From NCBI GenBank assembly GCA_964016885.1, contig OZ024743.1, positions 32,798,001 through 32,862,000 on the forward strand: a stretch of 64,000 nt of DNA, in the 5' to 3' direction. The notes beneath the pieces are model-generated. The model did not search any database, was not told the origin of the DNA, and saw only the letters and a program-made list of their open reading frames with translations. Shown one piece after another: positions 50,726 to 64,000 of the stretch. A program made the position numbers and the translations under genes. Position 1 is the stretch's first letter, and each line of letters opens with the position of its first letter. The stretch is from Eledone cirrhosa. Lineage: Eukaryota.

Positions 50726-52769
50726 CTTTGCTAGCAGAGAGTACAATGCATGTTGCAAAAGATGGCTACAAGGGTTGGCATCAGGAAGGGAATTCAACTG
50801 TAAAACATTGTTTCAGAATATCCCATCTGACCCATGCAACACAGAAAAGTGGGCATAAAAACAATGATGATATATATATATATATCCCTGTATTTTGTTC
50901 ATAAGAACAATGTTTACAGATACTAAGTAAAGTTCTCCGGAGAATAAAGTTTGTTATATTCTTTATTCGTTTATGTAGATCCAGGCCCTTATTTTATCCC
51001 ACTATTAATGTGCACTAAAGTACAACCGATTGATATTCCATGTTTCTATTACTTTTACATTTATTTCATTTGCTTTTTGTTTTGTTTTGTGCATCTTGAG
51101 ATCGATAGTACTTTGTTTATCAATCCTTGAAAGAAAGAAAAGTCAAGTTAAACTCAATGGAATTGAACTCAGAATATAGAAAGCTTGAATAAATATTGCA
51201 TGTTACTCTACCTAATGCTCTAGCAACACTGCCAAATGCTTCACTGTCAAGAGAGTTTCTGCTTCTGATTACATGGACATCTAAAATCATTTATTAAAGC
51301 ATGGTACATGCTATTACCAAATCATGCTTGATAGATGGTGGCAGCTGTATTATATCATCATCCTTGTCATTTTATGTTCATTTTTCCATGTTTGTATGAG
51401 ATAGATAAGTGTCCCTCCACTTGTCTCTTCCCTTTGTCATCTTTGTGAGGTTCAGTATTTTGAGCTCCTCTCTGCGAAACTGCTCAAGTACATATTAACA
51501 TATACATTATATCTGTACAAATATACATACAATGGATGTAAGAAGACTATAAGAATTATATACATACAAAGATATACATATATAATGGATATATTTCTAT
51601 GCATATAATTCCTCTTATATTCAGTATTTTTCTTATACTCATTATATTAGTACACATACACACTCATATACATTACAGCCCACATTTACTCCTCTTCTCC
51701 CTCTCCCCAACAACTTTGCCAAATTTATCCTTAAATTCCCCTCCTGCATGTCCAATCATACCATTGAAACCCATGCTCATCCATAATACTCCCAGACATT
51801 ACTTATTACCATAACGCCACCCTATCTCTCCTTATAGTAACAGGCAGCCCAAACCTCACTCTCATTCCCCCAGCCACTCTCCCTATCACTATCCTCTCAG
51901 TCTAACCAAGGATGCAAGCATGCTAGTGTTGAAATGTGCTAGTACTGATTCAACAATAGAATGTGCTCTCTATCCAGCTCACATTGGAAGATGAGAGTTT
52001 TAGTCATCATCATCATCGTTTAATGTCTATTTTCCTGAGGTCAGACTGGTCAGGCTCAAACGCATTGTTTTTGTTTGGTTTCTATAGCTGGATGCCCTTT
52101 TTAATGCCAACCACTTTACAGCATGTACTGGGAACATGGCTTCTATGACTGGATGCCCTTCCTAAACACCGACCACTTTACAGAGTGTACTGAGAACATT
52201 TTATTGTGACTGAGGTACTACCATCTTACAGGGTAGACTGGATGCTTTTGTATTGGCACCAGCAATACGACTTTACAGGGTAAACTGGATGCTTTTGTTG
52301 TGGCACCAGCACTATTTCATTACACCACTAGGGTGCTTAGTGTATATGGTCATACTGGGATCCATCATTTCATTGCTGGAGAGGGGGTCAGGGTGGTAGT
52401 AACCTGCCTCCTTTGGTGATCTAAAAGGAGGACATTTATATACTGCTTGGGGCATGTGGTTGGGCAGTGTCAATCATTTGGGGGTGTGCCAGGCTCGCCT
52501 GGATTGAGAGAGTGTTAGGGGTGCAAGGGTTTAGCAGGAAAAGGTGATTCAGCCATGGTTTGTTGTATATTCCATGCTAGTATGGGTTATATGAGTATAT
52601 TTGCAGGTGAGGACCTGGGAGTTGTTCCATCTCTCTACTTCTTTAGGTTGGAGGAGGGAGGGATGATGGGTATGCTGGCAGGGGTTTCAGAAGTATACTG
52701 GTGGGTGAGAGATGAGGCTTGAGTGTTATAACACCTCTCTGCTTGTTCAGTTTTAGGGTGGAGTGAGGT

Positions 52770-53165
52770 AAATGGGTAAGCCATCCTGCTTCTACTGCAT
52801 TTATTCCACTTGTGTGGGAAAGCAGGTTCCTCCTGTTTTGGAATGTCCCCAGTTTTTTCAGTCCTGGGTCATCTTCTTTGTGAGGTTCAGCTGCATGAGG
52901 TCGGCCCTCACTACATCATCCCAGGTTTTTTTAATCTCTTCTCCTACCAAGGGTTCCTTTGAATTCAAGCACCCTGCATTTCTTTATGCACATGTCATCC
53001 TTCACATGCATTACATGTTCATAGCATTGCAGTCTTCCCTTCTGCACACTGCACCTGATGCTTCTTATGTAATGTTTTTCTCTCAGTTCATTGATAATTT
53101 GTCGCTCGTGTATACAACTATTACAGATGCATTCAAACATGCTTGGCTCATTTCTTTCCGTATAA
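52770..53165 (-). pseudogene. RTE C-terminal remnant
   Basis: 'ERQIINELREKHYIRSIRCSVQKGRLQCYEHVM..KKCR..GTLGRRR..KTWDDVV'. Confidence 0.7.
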
Positions 53166-56100
53166 TTTTCATACTATTGAAAATGAAAAATTAAGTAATA
53201 TTTACCATTGGTGTTGAACATCAATACTTTGTGATTAAATTTAAAAATTGTTACACTGTAATGTAAAAACAATGGATTTTGAACATTTAACATAATTGAG
53301 TCTTTAAAATATTTAAATTATATTCAGCTTATTTTATAACAAGCAGGGAATGGAGATTATAAAAGTTATATATGAATAAGTTATTTGTTGGAGGGACCAT
53401 TCGCAAAATAATGTTAGAAAATGGTATGATCTCTTATTCCATTATTCCATTATAATTTGCTATTTAATAATCTATTTCTGTACTCATTCTTAACAGAAAA
53501 ATATGTACCATTCCTACCACTGAATAGTTAATGTAAACTATAGTATCACCAGCTGCATCATCATCATTATACATCTATTTTGAATGATGTTATGGGTTGC
53601 ATAGGTTGCCACAGTCTGAGACAAGACATGGTTGGATAACCATGTCTTGGTCATACATTTCATATTTTGGCATGCAGCCCTTTAAAATCACACGTGCAGC
53701 CTGCAGGCATGTTTTTACAGCATGAGCATGTTTTATCTTCATAATATAAAATTTTAAAAATTAGTTGTAATGTGCTCAATTAGTTGTCATGTGTGGCCCT
53801 CAGACAACACTTATGTGACCCATCTGGCCTTCAGGGGACCCTCAGTTTGACATGCCTGGTTTATGTGGCTTGATGCCCTTCTTAATGATAACCTTTTTAC
53901 GGAGTTTATTAAGTATATATATTGTGGCACTAGGACTTCCACTTTACAGAGTGTAGTGGATGCATTTCATTTTGACACCAACACTAAAGAGGTTGTCATA
54001 TGCTTGGCCAGTCTGAAATATAATTAAATAATCTGTGTAAATTGTAACACATATAACTATAAAAAATTAGTTTTATGACAGAATGATAACTGGAAGAATA
54101 GTAAAATTTAAAAAAAGATGAGAACAAATAAACCGTTATAACTAATCAGGAACACCTGGTGCTGAACATTCATTCCTAGAGGGCCTCGGACACACAGGAA
54201 ACAGTTTGACAGGTCAGGAGAGAACTGGAGCAGATTGACCATGCTGCCAGAAGCTTGCTGCTTTGTGCAGCTTAAAACACAGCAAGTACTAAGTTTAAGA
54301 TAACCAGCCATATTGTAAAAAGAATCTAAAAGAAATTTAACTATAAACTACATTATGCTGGTTTTATTCTGGAAATATGAAACACCAAATTTTAGCCTTT
54401 AAATACATTTTTACTTCTTAATTTCTCTTCTTAATATAGAATTAGTAGTAGTTTGTGATTTCTCATTTTTTTTGTTTTATTTAAACTATCCAACTACTTA
54501 CATTCAGCCAATATAACGGGTAATTGATTTAACATAAAATAAATGCTAAGGAACTACCATGATTTCTTTAAAGTTCCAATTGATCTCTCTTGGCATCTGC
54601 AATCTAATACAGTGTTAATTATAGTCTATTTTCAAATCAAAATAACCAATTGCATTCGTTTAGATCTTCACATAGGGAAACTTATGCTATCTACCACTCA
54701 TAAATTTAACTTCTAAAAGGCTTGTGATACATATTAGTCCCTTGCCAACTATCCGTCTATGATTTCTTTCCATCTTTTATGCTGATATTCTAGTAACTTC
54801 TAAGCCTTCAAACTTTCCGAACTCACTTTTATCCATTGAAAACCATTTACTGCACACCATTTTATCTGTCATTCACATAATGGATTTCACCCACAACACT
54901 TTATATTTAATCATTTAGACAGTTCTTCAGCTTAAAATAGGAATTATATATTCTACATGTGTATTATATCAATCACTACCATCCAAAATTAAAAACAAAA
55001 AAAAAATATTTTTATATATAAAATTGTATATATATATCTGTAGAGACTATGAAATATATCTTGCTCTTTAAAACATTCCATAAAATTATACAAGCAGTTA
55101 TTTAATAATAGGTTTATTATAAGGGAATATACATTTTTATGTTAACAATAACTGCCTTTCTTTTAATATATGGTTTTATATATTTATTTTCAACTATACA
55201 TGAGTGGCAATTTATAAAAACTTATGTAAATATAGTAAATATGTAAATATGCATCAGTCTATATGTGTCTGCATGTCTTGAAGCAAGGAAATTGCTGTTA
55301 TATTAGAACAATGTTTCTGAAATTTTTTCATAAACATAATTTGATACACTAACATATAATTATAGATAGGTATGTATGTGTATCTGATTGAGTGTGTGTA
55401 CATTTTAACAGGTACTTAAATGAGAAGTTATGTGCATAACGTTTAAGTATTAGATAGAATCTTCTAGGCTTTGACACTTAAAATTTACATTTATTTTTCT
55501 TTTCCACTATATTGTTGCATTATTTCATCAGCTTATTTTTATATGCATTTTATATTGGAGTATACACTGGGATTTTTATGTCGAAATTATAGAATAGAAT
55601 AATTGGAGGTACTAAAAATTTGCTTAATATATACATTTTCATGATACACACACTGATCTATGTGATCAGCTCAACAAGCAAACACATATGCAAATATCTT
55701 CATACCATAAAGCATTCACACAGACGCACAAACAAATACTCAGACATGTACTGTCCAGTATTTCCTGTAAAATCTCAATTATAAATATTGTTTCTCTTTC
55801 CTTCTTGATTTCCCAGCTATCATATATTCCTTCTTTCATTTCTTCTCTACCACTTACTCTCCATTTTTTCTCAGTCTAACTCTTTCTTCTCTGCATGGAG
55901 TGTTCTCTATTCCTCTAGTTGTAAGACTTTTGCTCATTTCAAATACATCAGCTCAATAAACATACTGTAAGTGTTATAATAACAAGTACCAATAGTCCTC
56001 CAGCAAAATAACTAATATCTTCATTTTTTCTCTCCTTCCACATCATTTTCAATGTTTCTCTTCTTCCCTCTTTCTATTTTCCCATATTTGTTACTCTCTC

Positions 56101-57099
56101 TCTTTCTATTTTCTAAAAGTAAACTACTATTTGCATTTATTTTATTTTTTTTCTTTATATTTCTCCCTATTTGAATCAGTTTTATACTTTCATCATTTTC
56201 TTTCTGTTTTTCATTTTCTCCAATATACTTTCTCACAATCATTTACTCATTCTACTCTTTTATTCCAAACTACCTCTCTCTCTCTCTCTCTTTCTCTTTC
56301 TTTTTCTCCCTTCCCACTTAATCTCCCCCTCTCTCATTATTTCTCTGTCTTTCTTCCCCCTCATCATTAGAGTATTACCTAAATGAATTTTAAAAGAGTT
56401 AACATTTCCAAAGGAACTGAATTTATCGAGAATTAGAATGAGATGATAGTAGAACATAAGAGAATGGAGTGGAACGTCAGAAAATAGTATCACTACTGCT
56501 TGCTTAGACAACAGCGACAAGGACAACATCAAAAACAATAACAACAGCGGCAGCAGTAGCAGTTACAGCAGCAGTAGCATCAACAGCAGAGGCAGTGGAA
56601 GCAGCTTTGGTGGTGGCGGCAACAGCAGCAGCAACTGGGTTTTGTCGCAGAGGCATAATTGAGGTAAAAGAAAAAAGAGGAAAAGGAGAAGTGGAAGACA
56701 GAAGAAATAGAAATCATAAACCATGAAGTGGATACACATTGATAAGAAATAGCCAGAAATGTCTGGGGGGGGAACTCTACGAAAAAAATCTTTCCTACAC
56801 CCCACCAAAAACAAAACAAAACAAAGCAAAAAGAAAACAAAATTAATATGAAAAATATTTCAAAATATACATATTGCAAATCTTTATCGTTTTAAGTCTA
56901 ATTAAAGTATTAAAGAAAAGTAAAATCACTTCTTTCCTGTTAAAATATCACCTACGAAGGAATACCTTTTTTCCAAATTTCCCTGTATAACTTGTTTGCT
57001 TCTGTGGAGGAAGATTTGACGATTTACCATAGTACTACTAGCAGCATCAGAACTAGCAAGAGGCATTAAAGAGGAGGAAAAAAAAACCAAAAACCAACA

Positions 57100-57131
57100 A
57101 TGTTGTACCTTTTGCCAATAAGTCCTGTTAG
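57100..57131 (+). other. Candidate coding end of an alternative first exon (MLYLLPISPV-)
   Basis: ACA-ATG start context, 10 codons plus 2 nt, then AG|GTAAGT; preceded by about 700 bp of TE-free, purine- and CAG-rich UTR-like sequence. Confidence 0.3.
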
Positions 57132-58434
57132 GTAAGTTAGGTGTATTATTATTATTATGATAAAATTACTATTATTATTATTAATTATTATTATTAATTA
57201 TTATTATTAATATTATTATAATTACTTTCTTTTTACTATCACTGTGTTATTTCTGATAGTATCTTCTCATTAAATTAATTTACTATACCCCACCCCCAAA
57301 TGTGCCTTTGTGCCTATATTAAAAATTATTTTTGTTGCTATCATTATCTTTATTATCTAGCATTTTTCTCCTGATAAATAAACCCCTGAATTTCTGGTAG
57401 CTTGGTATATTTTCTGTTCTGGTATTCAACATGTGCCTGTTAAGGGGTATTTTGCTTCATTTAATATGACTTGAAATATATATATTTGTATATTCCAACA
57501 TCCATTAGAATTTAGTTATTTGCTGGCTCTCTACATGTGTATATTGATAAGTATTCCATAGTATCTCGAAAACACTTTTAGCTTTCATCATTGATACATA
57601 CCCAAATATGAACCAATGAATGAACCTCTGCGCAGTTGCTTGATATCATACAAATAGTAATCAAATCTCCCTCAACTCACACACTACTGACATAAAAAAA
57701 AAACAGTTATATTTGATTATGTAGTTATGGATACATTTTGCTTGAAGCCGGGTACAGATTGGTCACTTTTGAAATACTTTGGATGATCATAGATATTTTT
57801 TTCAGTCAGGGTTGACCTGGGGTTAAAGAATAAGAGTAGAAACATACTCAAATACTTTGGTATATGTACATATATGTGTGTATATATGTATATTGATATA
57901 ATTCTTTTCAAAATATATATCATATGAGAGCATTGGTTTTCTATTAATACTGATTCTTTACATATTCAATGGCATATATATCTCCAACTCTTTATGAGTG
58001 TATCTTTATATAATTTAGCTAAATTTCATACAAACATGTTAATTGTGATACAAAGCTGAAGTTCATTTAAAGTATGTTATCTTGTGTCTGTGTATTTTCA
58101 TTTATTCCTTTTATTTCAGTTAAAATATTTGAAAAAACAGAAAAATGTGTGTATGTTAGGTTTGTGTTGTGGAATGAACAAAGGCCATATTAACTCTTAA
58201 TATATATATAGGTTGAAAAGTTGGTCCTCCTTCTGACCAAAAAAATGTTCATTCCTGGTATGGCTTCATTGTAATACTGGCCTTAATAGTAATAATATAT
58301 ATATACATATATATATATATGTATGTACTCTTCTCCATTTGGAAATGTATGTGTGTGTGAATGTGTAACAAGTACTGTTCTCATCTTTCACCTCACAAGT
58401 TCAACAAATATTTCAATTGACTTAGTATTTATAC

Positions 58435-58503
<69 letters not shown>

Positions 58504-58867
58504 TTAAAAGGTAAATCTCATATCATACGTTTTTTTTTTTTATAAAGAGTTTTTGTTTGTATTATTATTAAATTTCTGAGCTAGTTCTGTGTGCATATGA
58601 AACTAAAATTCCTTTTATAGTTGGTAGCAGAAAGACAACTCTTATTAGAATCACAGAATGGTAACTACTAGCTTGACATGAAAATTAATTTAATTTTAAG
58701 TTAGCTTCATAAAAATTATATTTTTGTGAGTGACTTCCACATTCATGTCACATTAATAGATTTTCACATAATAATTGAATAAAGTTGCAGGAATAATTGC
58801 AGGAATGATTGATATTTGTACAGACAACTTACATTTTATACCTGAACAAAAAGTTCCTTAATAAATT

Positions 58868-58954
<87 letters not shown>

Positions 58955-58961
58955 GTATGGG

Positions 58962-58999
<38 letters not shown>

Positions 59000-59068
59000 G
59001 ATAGATATTTATTATATTTTCATTTGTATGTATGTATACATGGATCTGCATGTGTGTGTATATAATAA

Positions 59069-59099
<31 letters not shown>

Positions 59100-60864
59100 C
59101 ATATATACACAAAGAGAAAGAGAGAGAGAGGGGGAACATGTAAGAGACTCAGGTGCAAAAACCACTGCTATATATTAGATCTTAGAAAATTGTGTAAAAT
59201 GCCCCTGTGGACAGAAGAAAGTTACCCAATTTTCTAGGCTATTATTTATAGGAATCGGTTGTATTTGTAGTTATTTGCGTCTGAGTTTCTTACATTTTAT
59301 ATGAGCTTCATAATTCTTCAGTGCTTCACTTAGAAAATTCTATGCTTTACATACACTATATGTATATATATATATATATATATAAATAAACTATTTTGAA
59401 ATACGTGACATTATATATGTATATGTGTGTGTAGTGATTGTATATCTAATATAACATATATACATATGTGTAACCACCTAAACATGGTTTGCCATCAGTA
59501 CATTGCAATCTTTAGGTGATTGATTGTTGTTAAAGGCAGTCAACTGACAAATACTTAATGCCAGTATTCTCACAAATATTTGTGTATCTATTCAATGCAA
59601 ACCATTTAGTATTTTTCAGTAACTTCATAGAAATTTATGTACACTGCTCGTATTTATATACATTATGTACATGCATTTATATTTATATATTCATATACGT
59701 ATATAAATAAATATGAAAGCTCACATATGTGCATGATTGTGTGCACTCTTACACTCATATCGGCATATACCAATCTCCTATGTGAATAAAAATTGTGTTA
59801 AGTGTCTATCAAATATGAAATTCATAGAAAATCATCAAAATTTCATTGATAGTGCCTACTGTGTTATTTGTTATAGCAGTAAATTTAGAATTCTTTACTG
59901 CCGTATATATCTTGGAAATATTTTCAGTGCTACAACAGTTTGGTATACAGTATAAAATATTAGTCATGCGTTATGTGTCTGTTACATATCAGTTGTTAGT
60001 TTTCTCTTACTTAGGTATATATATTTTTTTTTCCATAATCTCCCCCCACCCCACCTCATTTTCTTCATAAGGAACAATGTAATTATTTTCATTTCATTTC
60101 GATCTATTTTTCTCCTTTCCATTTGAAATTACAATCATTTCCTCTTTATACTTATCTCTCATTTTTCTCCCACATGTTTCTTATACCTCTAACTTCTACT
60201 CATTTGCTTTATACATTTAGCTAGTTTTCTCTTTACTATCCATATATATTACTGTTTAATAGGAAAGCAAATATAATTGAAATGTAAAGTACATTCTATG
60301 TGAGTTGAAAAATATCATATTTCATTTCATCTGTCCAAATTCACATTAAGCAAAGTAACTATTGACCAGCACATCTCCAAAACATACGTAACACGCAATA
60401 AATGACTATGTGACATTTAAAATATGTAGATTATTACTCAAATATTATTCATTACCTCTTCCTTAAATTTGATGCTACTTACTACATCAAATTAAGATCA
60501 CTTATTTAATTATTAATGTTTTGGTATTTTCTTCTAGTTTTCCTATTTTTTCATTATTATTATTCACTCTTACTCTTATTTTATAATGTCTTATCTCATC
60601 CTTTTTTTGCCAGCTTCTTACAGAAGCCATTCCTTGGTACATTTCATTCTTTCTATTTCTTTATAAACTGTTTCTTTAAGCAACATTTTTTGAGGTCATT
60701 CAATCTATTAGTTTTGTTTTCTCCATCTTCATTATTTCTTTCCTTATCAACTATCATTATTTTCATTCATCCTTACGGGGTCGATAAAATAAAGTACCAG
60801 TAATGTACTGGGTAATTGCTGGCCTTGTGCCTAAAGTAGAAACAATTATTTTCATATATACCTA

Positions 60865-61056
60865 GGCGGTGGATTGGCAGTATCGGTTGAGGGGCGGACG
60901 CTATGCTTTCCAGCATAGACTTACGGTCCTTGCCATTCTGAGTTCAAATTCCGCCGAGGTTTACTTTGCCTTTCATCCTTACGGGGTCGATAAAATAAAG
61001 TACCAGTAATGCACTGGGTAATTGCTGGCCTTGTGCCAAAAGTAGAAACAATTATT
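60865..61056 (+). mobile_element. Full-length tRNA-derived SINE, preceded by a 3' fragment at 60765-60850
   Basis: GGCGGTGGATTGGCAGTATCGG A-box head, GAGTTCAAATTCC B box, Meta-like domain, AGAAACAATTATT end. Confidence 0.88.
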
Positions 61057-61246
61057 TTCATAACTACCTTAACAAGTCAAACTAAAGACAACAAATAATT
61101 GCATCATCCTTTAAAATTATTCCCTGATATTGTGGCTAAAGTATTTTTTCTTAGTTTCCTACTATCTTTTTCCCTTCTTAATTTTCAAATGTTGGGAAAT
61201 GTTACTAATTTTGGCAATATTATTACAATATGACCCTCCCAAGTAT

Positions 61247-61293
<47 letters not shown>

Positions 61294-61295
<2 letters not shown>

Positions 61296-61344
61296 CTTCC
61301 TGATGATTACTCCTGAATGAAACAGTTCTAATCCTGTAGAAGCC
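61294..61344 (+). ncRNA. Type I hammerhead ribozyme in a ~135-bp cassette flanked by (TA)n
   Basis: GGCTTC-CTGATGA-TTACTCCTGAAT-GAAA-CAG TTCTAATC CTG-TA-GAAGCC; homologous to the 50631 copy with a covarying stem I; one mismatch in stem II. Confidence 0.82.
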
Positions 61345-61426
61345 ATTTCTAAATTAAATATCTATACTCTGCTTTGTATTGAGTACCTTACTTACTGTGG
61401 TTACTCCCGATTGAACCCGGGATAAA

Positions 61427-61460
<34 letters not shown>

Positions 61461-61589
61461 ATCATCACCGTTTTACGTCCGTTCTTCCACGCTAGCATGG
61501 GTTAGACGATATATATATATATATATATACATCCATGCACATACACATGCATCTTTTTAATTGTGGAAGTTTCTCGAACTAAATGTTTC

Positions 61590-62600
61590 CATTTACCAGT
61601 GCAGTATACTCATTTCAGACATCAGTCAATTAAGAAACATTCTATTCACCTTTGTAGCGATTGTGATGAGGTAGTGATTTTGACATTGAACCTTTCAATA
61701 ATCCAATAATTTAAATAGCTGTTAAATTTCAGGAATTTTGAAAAGTTTGCAATGTTTAAGAAACATCTTAGAAGCAGACAAAAGTATAAACCTTGTTGAT
61801 TTATTGCCTATGTTCTAAACTCTGTAAGCTTTCTCTATGAAACTGATACAATTTCCATATATCAGAGTAGTTGAAAATGATTATGTATATCTTTGAAAAC
61901 ATGCAGTATTGCTATCTTGTTCTAATTTTCTAAAGTCTTTGATATTTTAGAACATCAATCAATACCCAGTTGATTTATATATTTTATTTACTAAGTCATT
62001 GATTGTTAAGTTAGGTATACATTTACAATGTGTTACATTATTACTATCTATGTAATTAGAATTTATTAGTGACCACTGATGGTTGTATTCAAGGTGACTT
62101 CTTACAAGGGGATTAGTATCCATGTCTTTGCTTAGATTTACTAAAAACAATCTGTATTGGTTTATTCTAGTTGAAGATTTTTCAAAATGTAGGTGTCAAA
62201 ATCTCTACTTGCTATCTTTAATTCAATTTCACTATTTTCTAGCTCACTTCAGGAAAAAGTATTATTTCTTTTTACTTTAATTAACATTATAACCTAAATT
62301 TTACCAGCATTGCACCTCAATTTATTTCTCTAAAAAAAGTAAGGGGTTTCCATAGGTTTATCTACTAGATTCCTGTTTGATATCCATACTTTTGTATCAT
62401 CAGAAAATAATTTAAGGTTGGATCCATCATCATCCAGTTTTTTACTGTTCTTTGAGAACATATGTACATGAATTTAGAAGAATATTTTAAAGATTCTAGT
62501 TAAACTTTTTCTTTTTTACCTCTACGTTTTTAGCCTTCAATGCCACATTGAAATTCCCTTCCTAAAGATTTGTGTGAACTCTTGAAAATAGGGCTAATGT
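61590..62600 (-). pseudogene. Very old CR1-group RT remnant
   Basis: 'LVRSHLEY' and a decayed FSDDTK (YADD-equivalent) motif near 62400. Confidence 0.45.
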
Positions 62601-62887
62601 CATATCAGATAGTGCCACTATCATATCAGTGCATTGGTTTAACCATATTTAAATTTAGTTAAGTATATTAAATACTTTAAATACAATATTCCCTATTAAT
62701 TTGTGGATATTTTTCCACATATAGTAAATTTATATAAACATTTTACAGAAATCTTTAAATAATCAACACATTTTAAAGAAAAGGGGTAGCTTATTTTCAA
62801 GAACAAATATGTTTCACATATAAAAGTTAATTTTAACTCTTTCTTTTCAAAAGATATGCAGTAAGCGCACATACACATCCACACACA

Positions 62888-62988
<101 letters not shown>

Positions 62989-64000
62989 TTCAACATCCAT
63001 TTTCCATGGTTGCATGAATTAGATGGGTTGTCACCTTATGAGACAAGACAAGTCAGGGCCCGAAAACCACATTATGCTCAACCAGATCTATATTTGGGCT
63101 TGGTTTCTACAGTTGGATGCCCTTCCCCTAAAGTGGGTACATATATATATATATCTATAAACTATTGTAGTAAACAAAAAGTAAGTAGTCACTTGAATAG
63201 AAAAAAAGAAATGTTTATGAATCTGGGGTTATATATATACTACTTGATATATTATAGTGTATATTTTTATAGAAATTTTATTTATTTACATACTATTCTC
63301 TCTTTATCATTCTAATTTCATTTGAGATTTATGACTATTATTTTTCTGATTCATCATTAACTTTGAGAAGGTAACTGTCAGTATGAAACATATTTAATAT
63401 TTCCTGTCAGTATCAAAAATAGTTAAGATCAATGTGAAGCCTAATATATTTCTTCTATTTTCAACTGTTGGCTCCAGTCCTCAACAAAATCTTTCATATA
63501 ACATTTTTATATGGGTATTTATTCTAGAATATGGAACCCCACCTGGCCTTGTTAGCTGTCACAGCAATCTTTCTGAAACAGATACTACAACCATTCTCAC
63601 ATACATCGTTTCTGAGGAAAAGACAATCCCATTATACACCCATTTAGATTATTCTTTTATATCACTAATGGTTTCATAAGGCCAGATTCATCAGGCATTT
63701 CTTTTTTGTCTACTTCCTCAGTGTATTGCTTCTAAGAATTTTAATTAAAATAATGTTGCTGCTCTTAATATCAACAAAACCATCAGCTGTGTATGGCATA
63801 GGGTCGTTTGGAAAAGCTGCTCGTTTTGGTGTTTCAGTTGACATTAACAACTTGTTTGCTTCATTGCTGCTGCATATGTTGACTGAACTCTCTGGGTTTT
63901 TCTATATTTTAATGTAAATATATTGTTTTATAGCACAACAATATAAACACACCCATCCACCCATAAAAATACTCTTCTACATTCTCCATCAGATTCAGCT

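Noticed and set aside
53670-53858. hAT-like MITE ending AGTTTGACATGCCTG
   Set aside because: Only one convincing terminus and no TSD found, so boundaries cannot be supported.
56450-56730. Ser/Asn/Gly- or Ala/Thr-rich open frames as a coding exon
   Set aside because: Trinucleotide low complexity keeps several frames open; there is no good acceptor or start, so UTR or neutral sequence is more likely.
60865-60960. tRNA genes suggested by A/B boxes
   Set aside because: These are SINE heads with an over-long A-B spacing and SINE bodies; no cloverleaf could be drawn.

Overview
AT-rich, repeat-dense animal genomic DNA, most likely intronic. The repeat families (tRNA-headed Meta-/CORE-type SINEs, RTE elements with (GAT)n tails, long TA/TG microsatellites) suggest an octopus or other coleoid cephalopod (inference). 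No complete host gene is visible; there are only weak + strand micro-exon and first-exon candidates at about 352, 28746, 33105 and 57100. The main structure is a 9.2-kb nested retrotransposon composite: a 5'-truncated, decayed CR1-clade LINE (18026-21128) whose (ATT)n tail carries a full-length, apparently intact L1/Tx1-group element (21129-27143; ORF1 with a CCHC knuckle, ORF2 APE-RT-Zn finger). The second signal is a set of type I hammerhead ribozyme motifs (35.2/35.3, 43.2, 50.35, 50.63 and 61.3 kb) in short ORF-less cassettes, each sitting in a (TA)n microsatellite. Two cassettes are ~380-bp near-perfect palindromes, and two ribozymes show compensatory stem I changes; these look like Penelope-like pLTR or retrozyme remnants. 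Also present: two 5'-inverted (twin-priming-like) RTE/RTEX insertions with TSDs, an RTE family with a PHD-type finger inside its RT domain, TTAA piggyBac-like MITEs and many SINE nests. All alignments and folds were read by eye; no searches were run.
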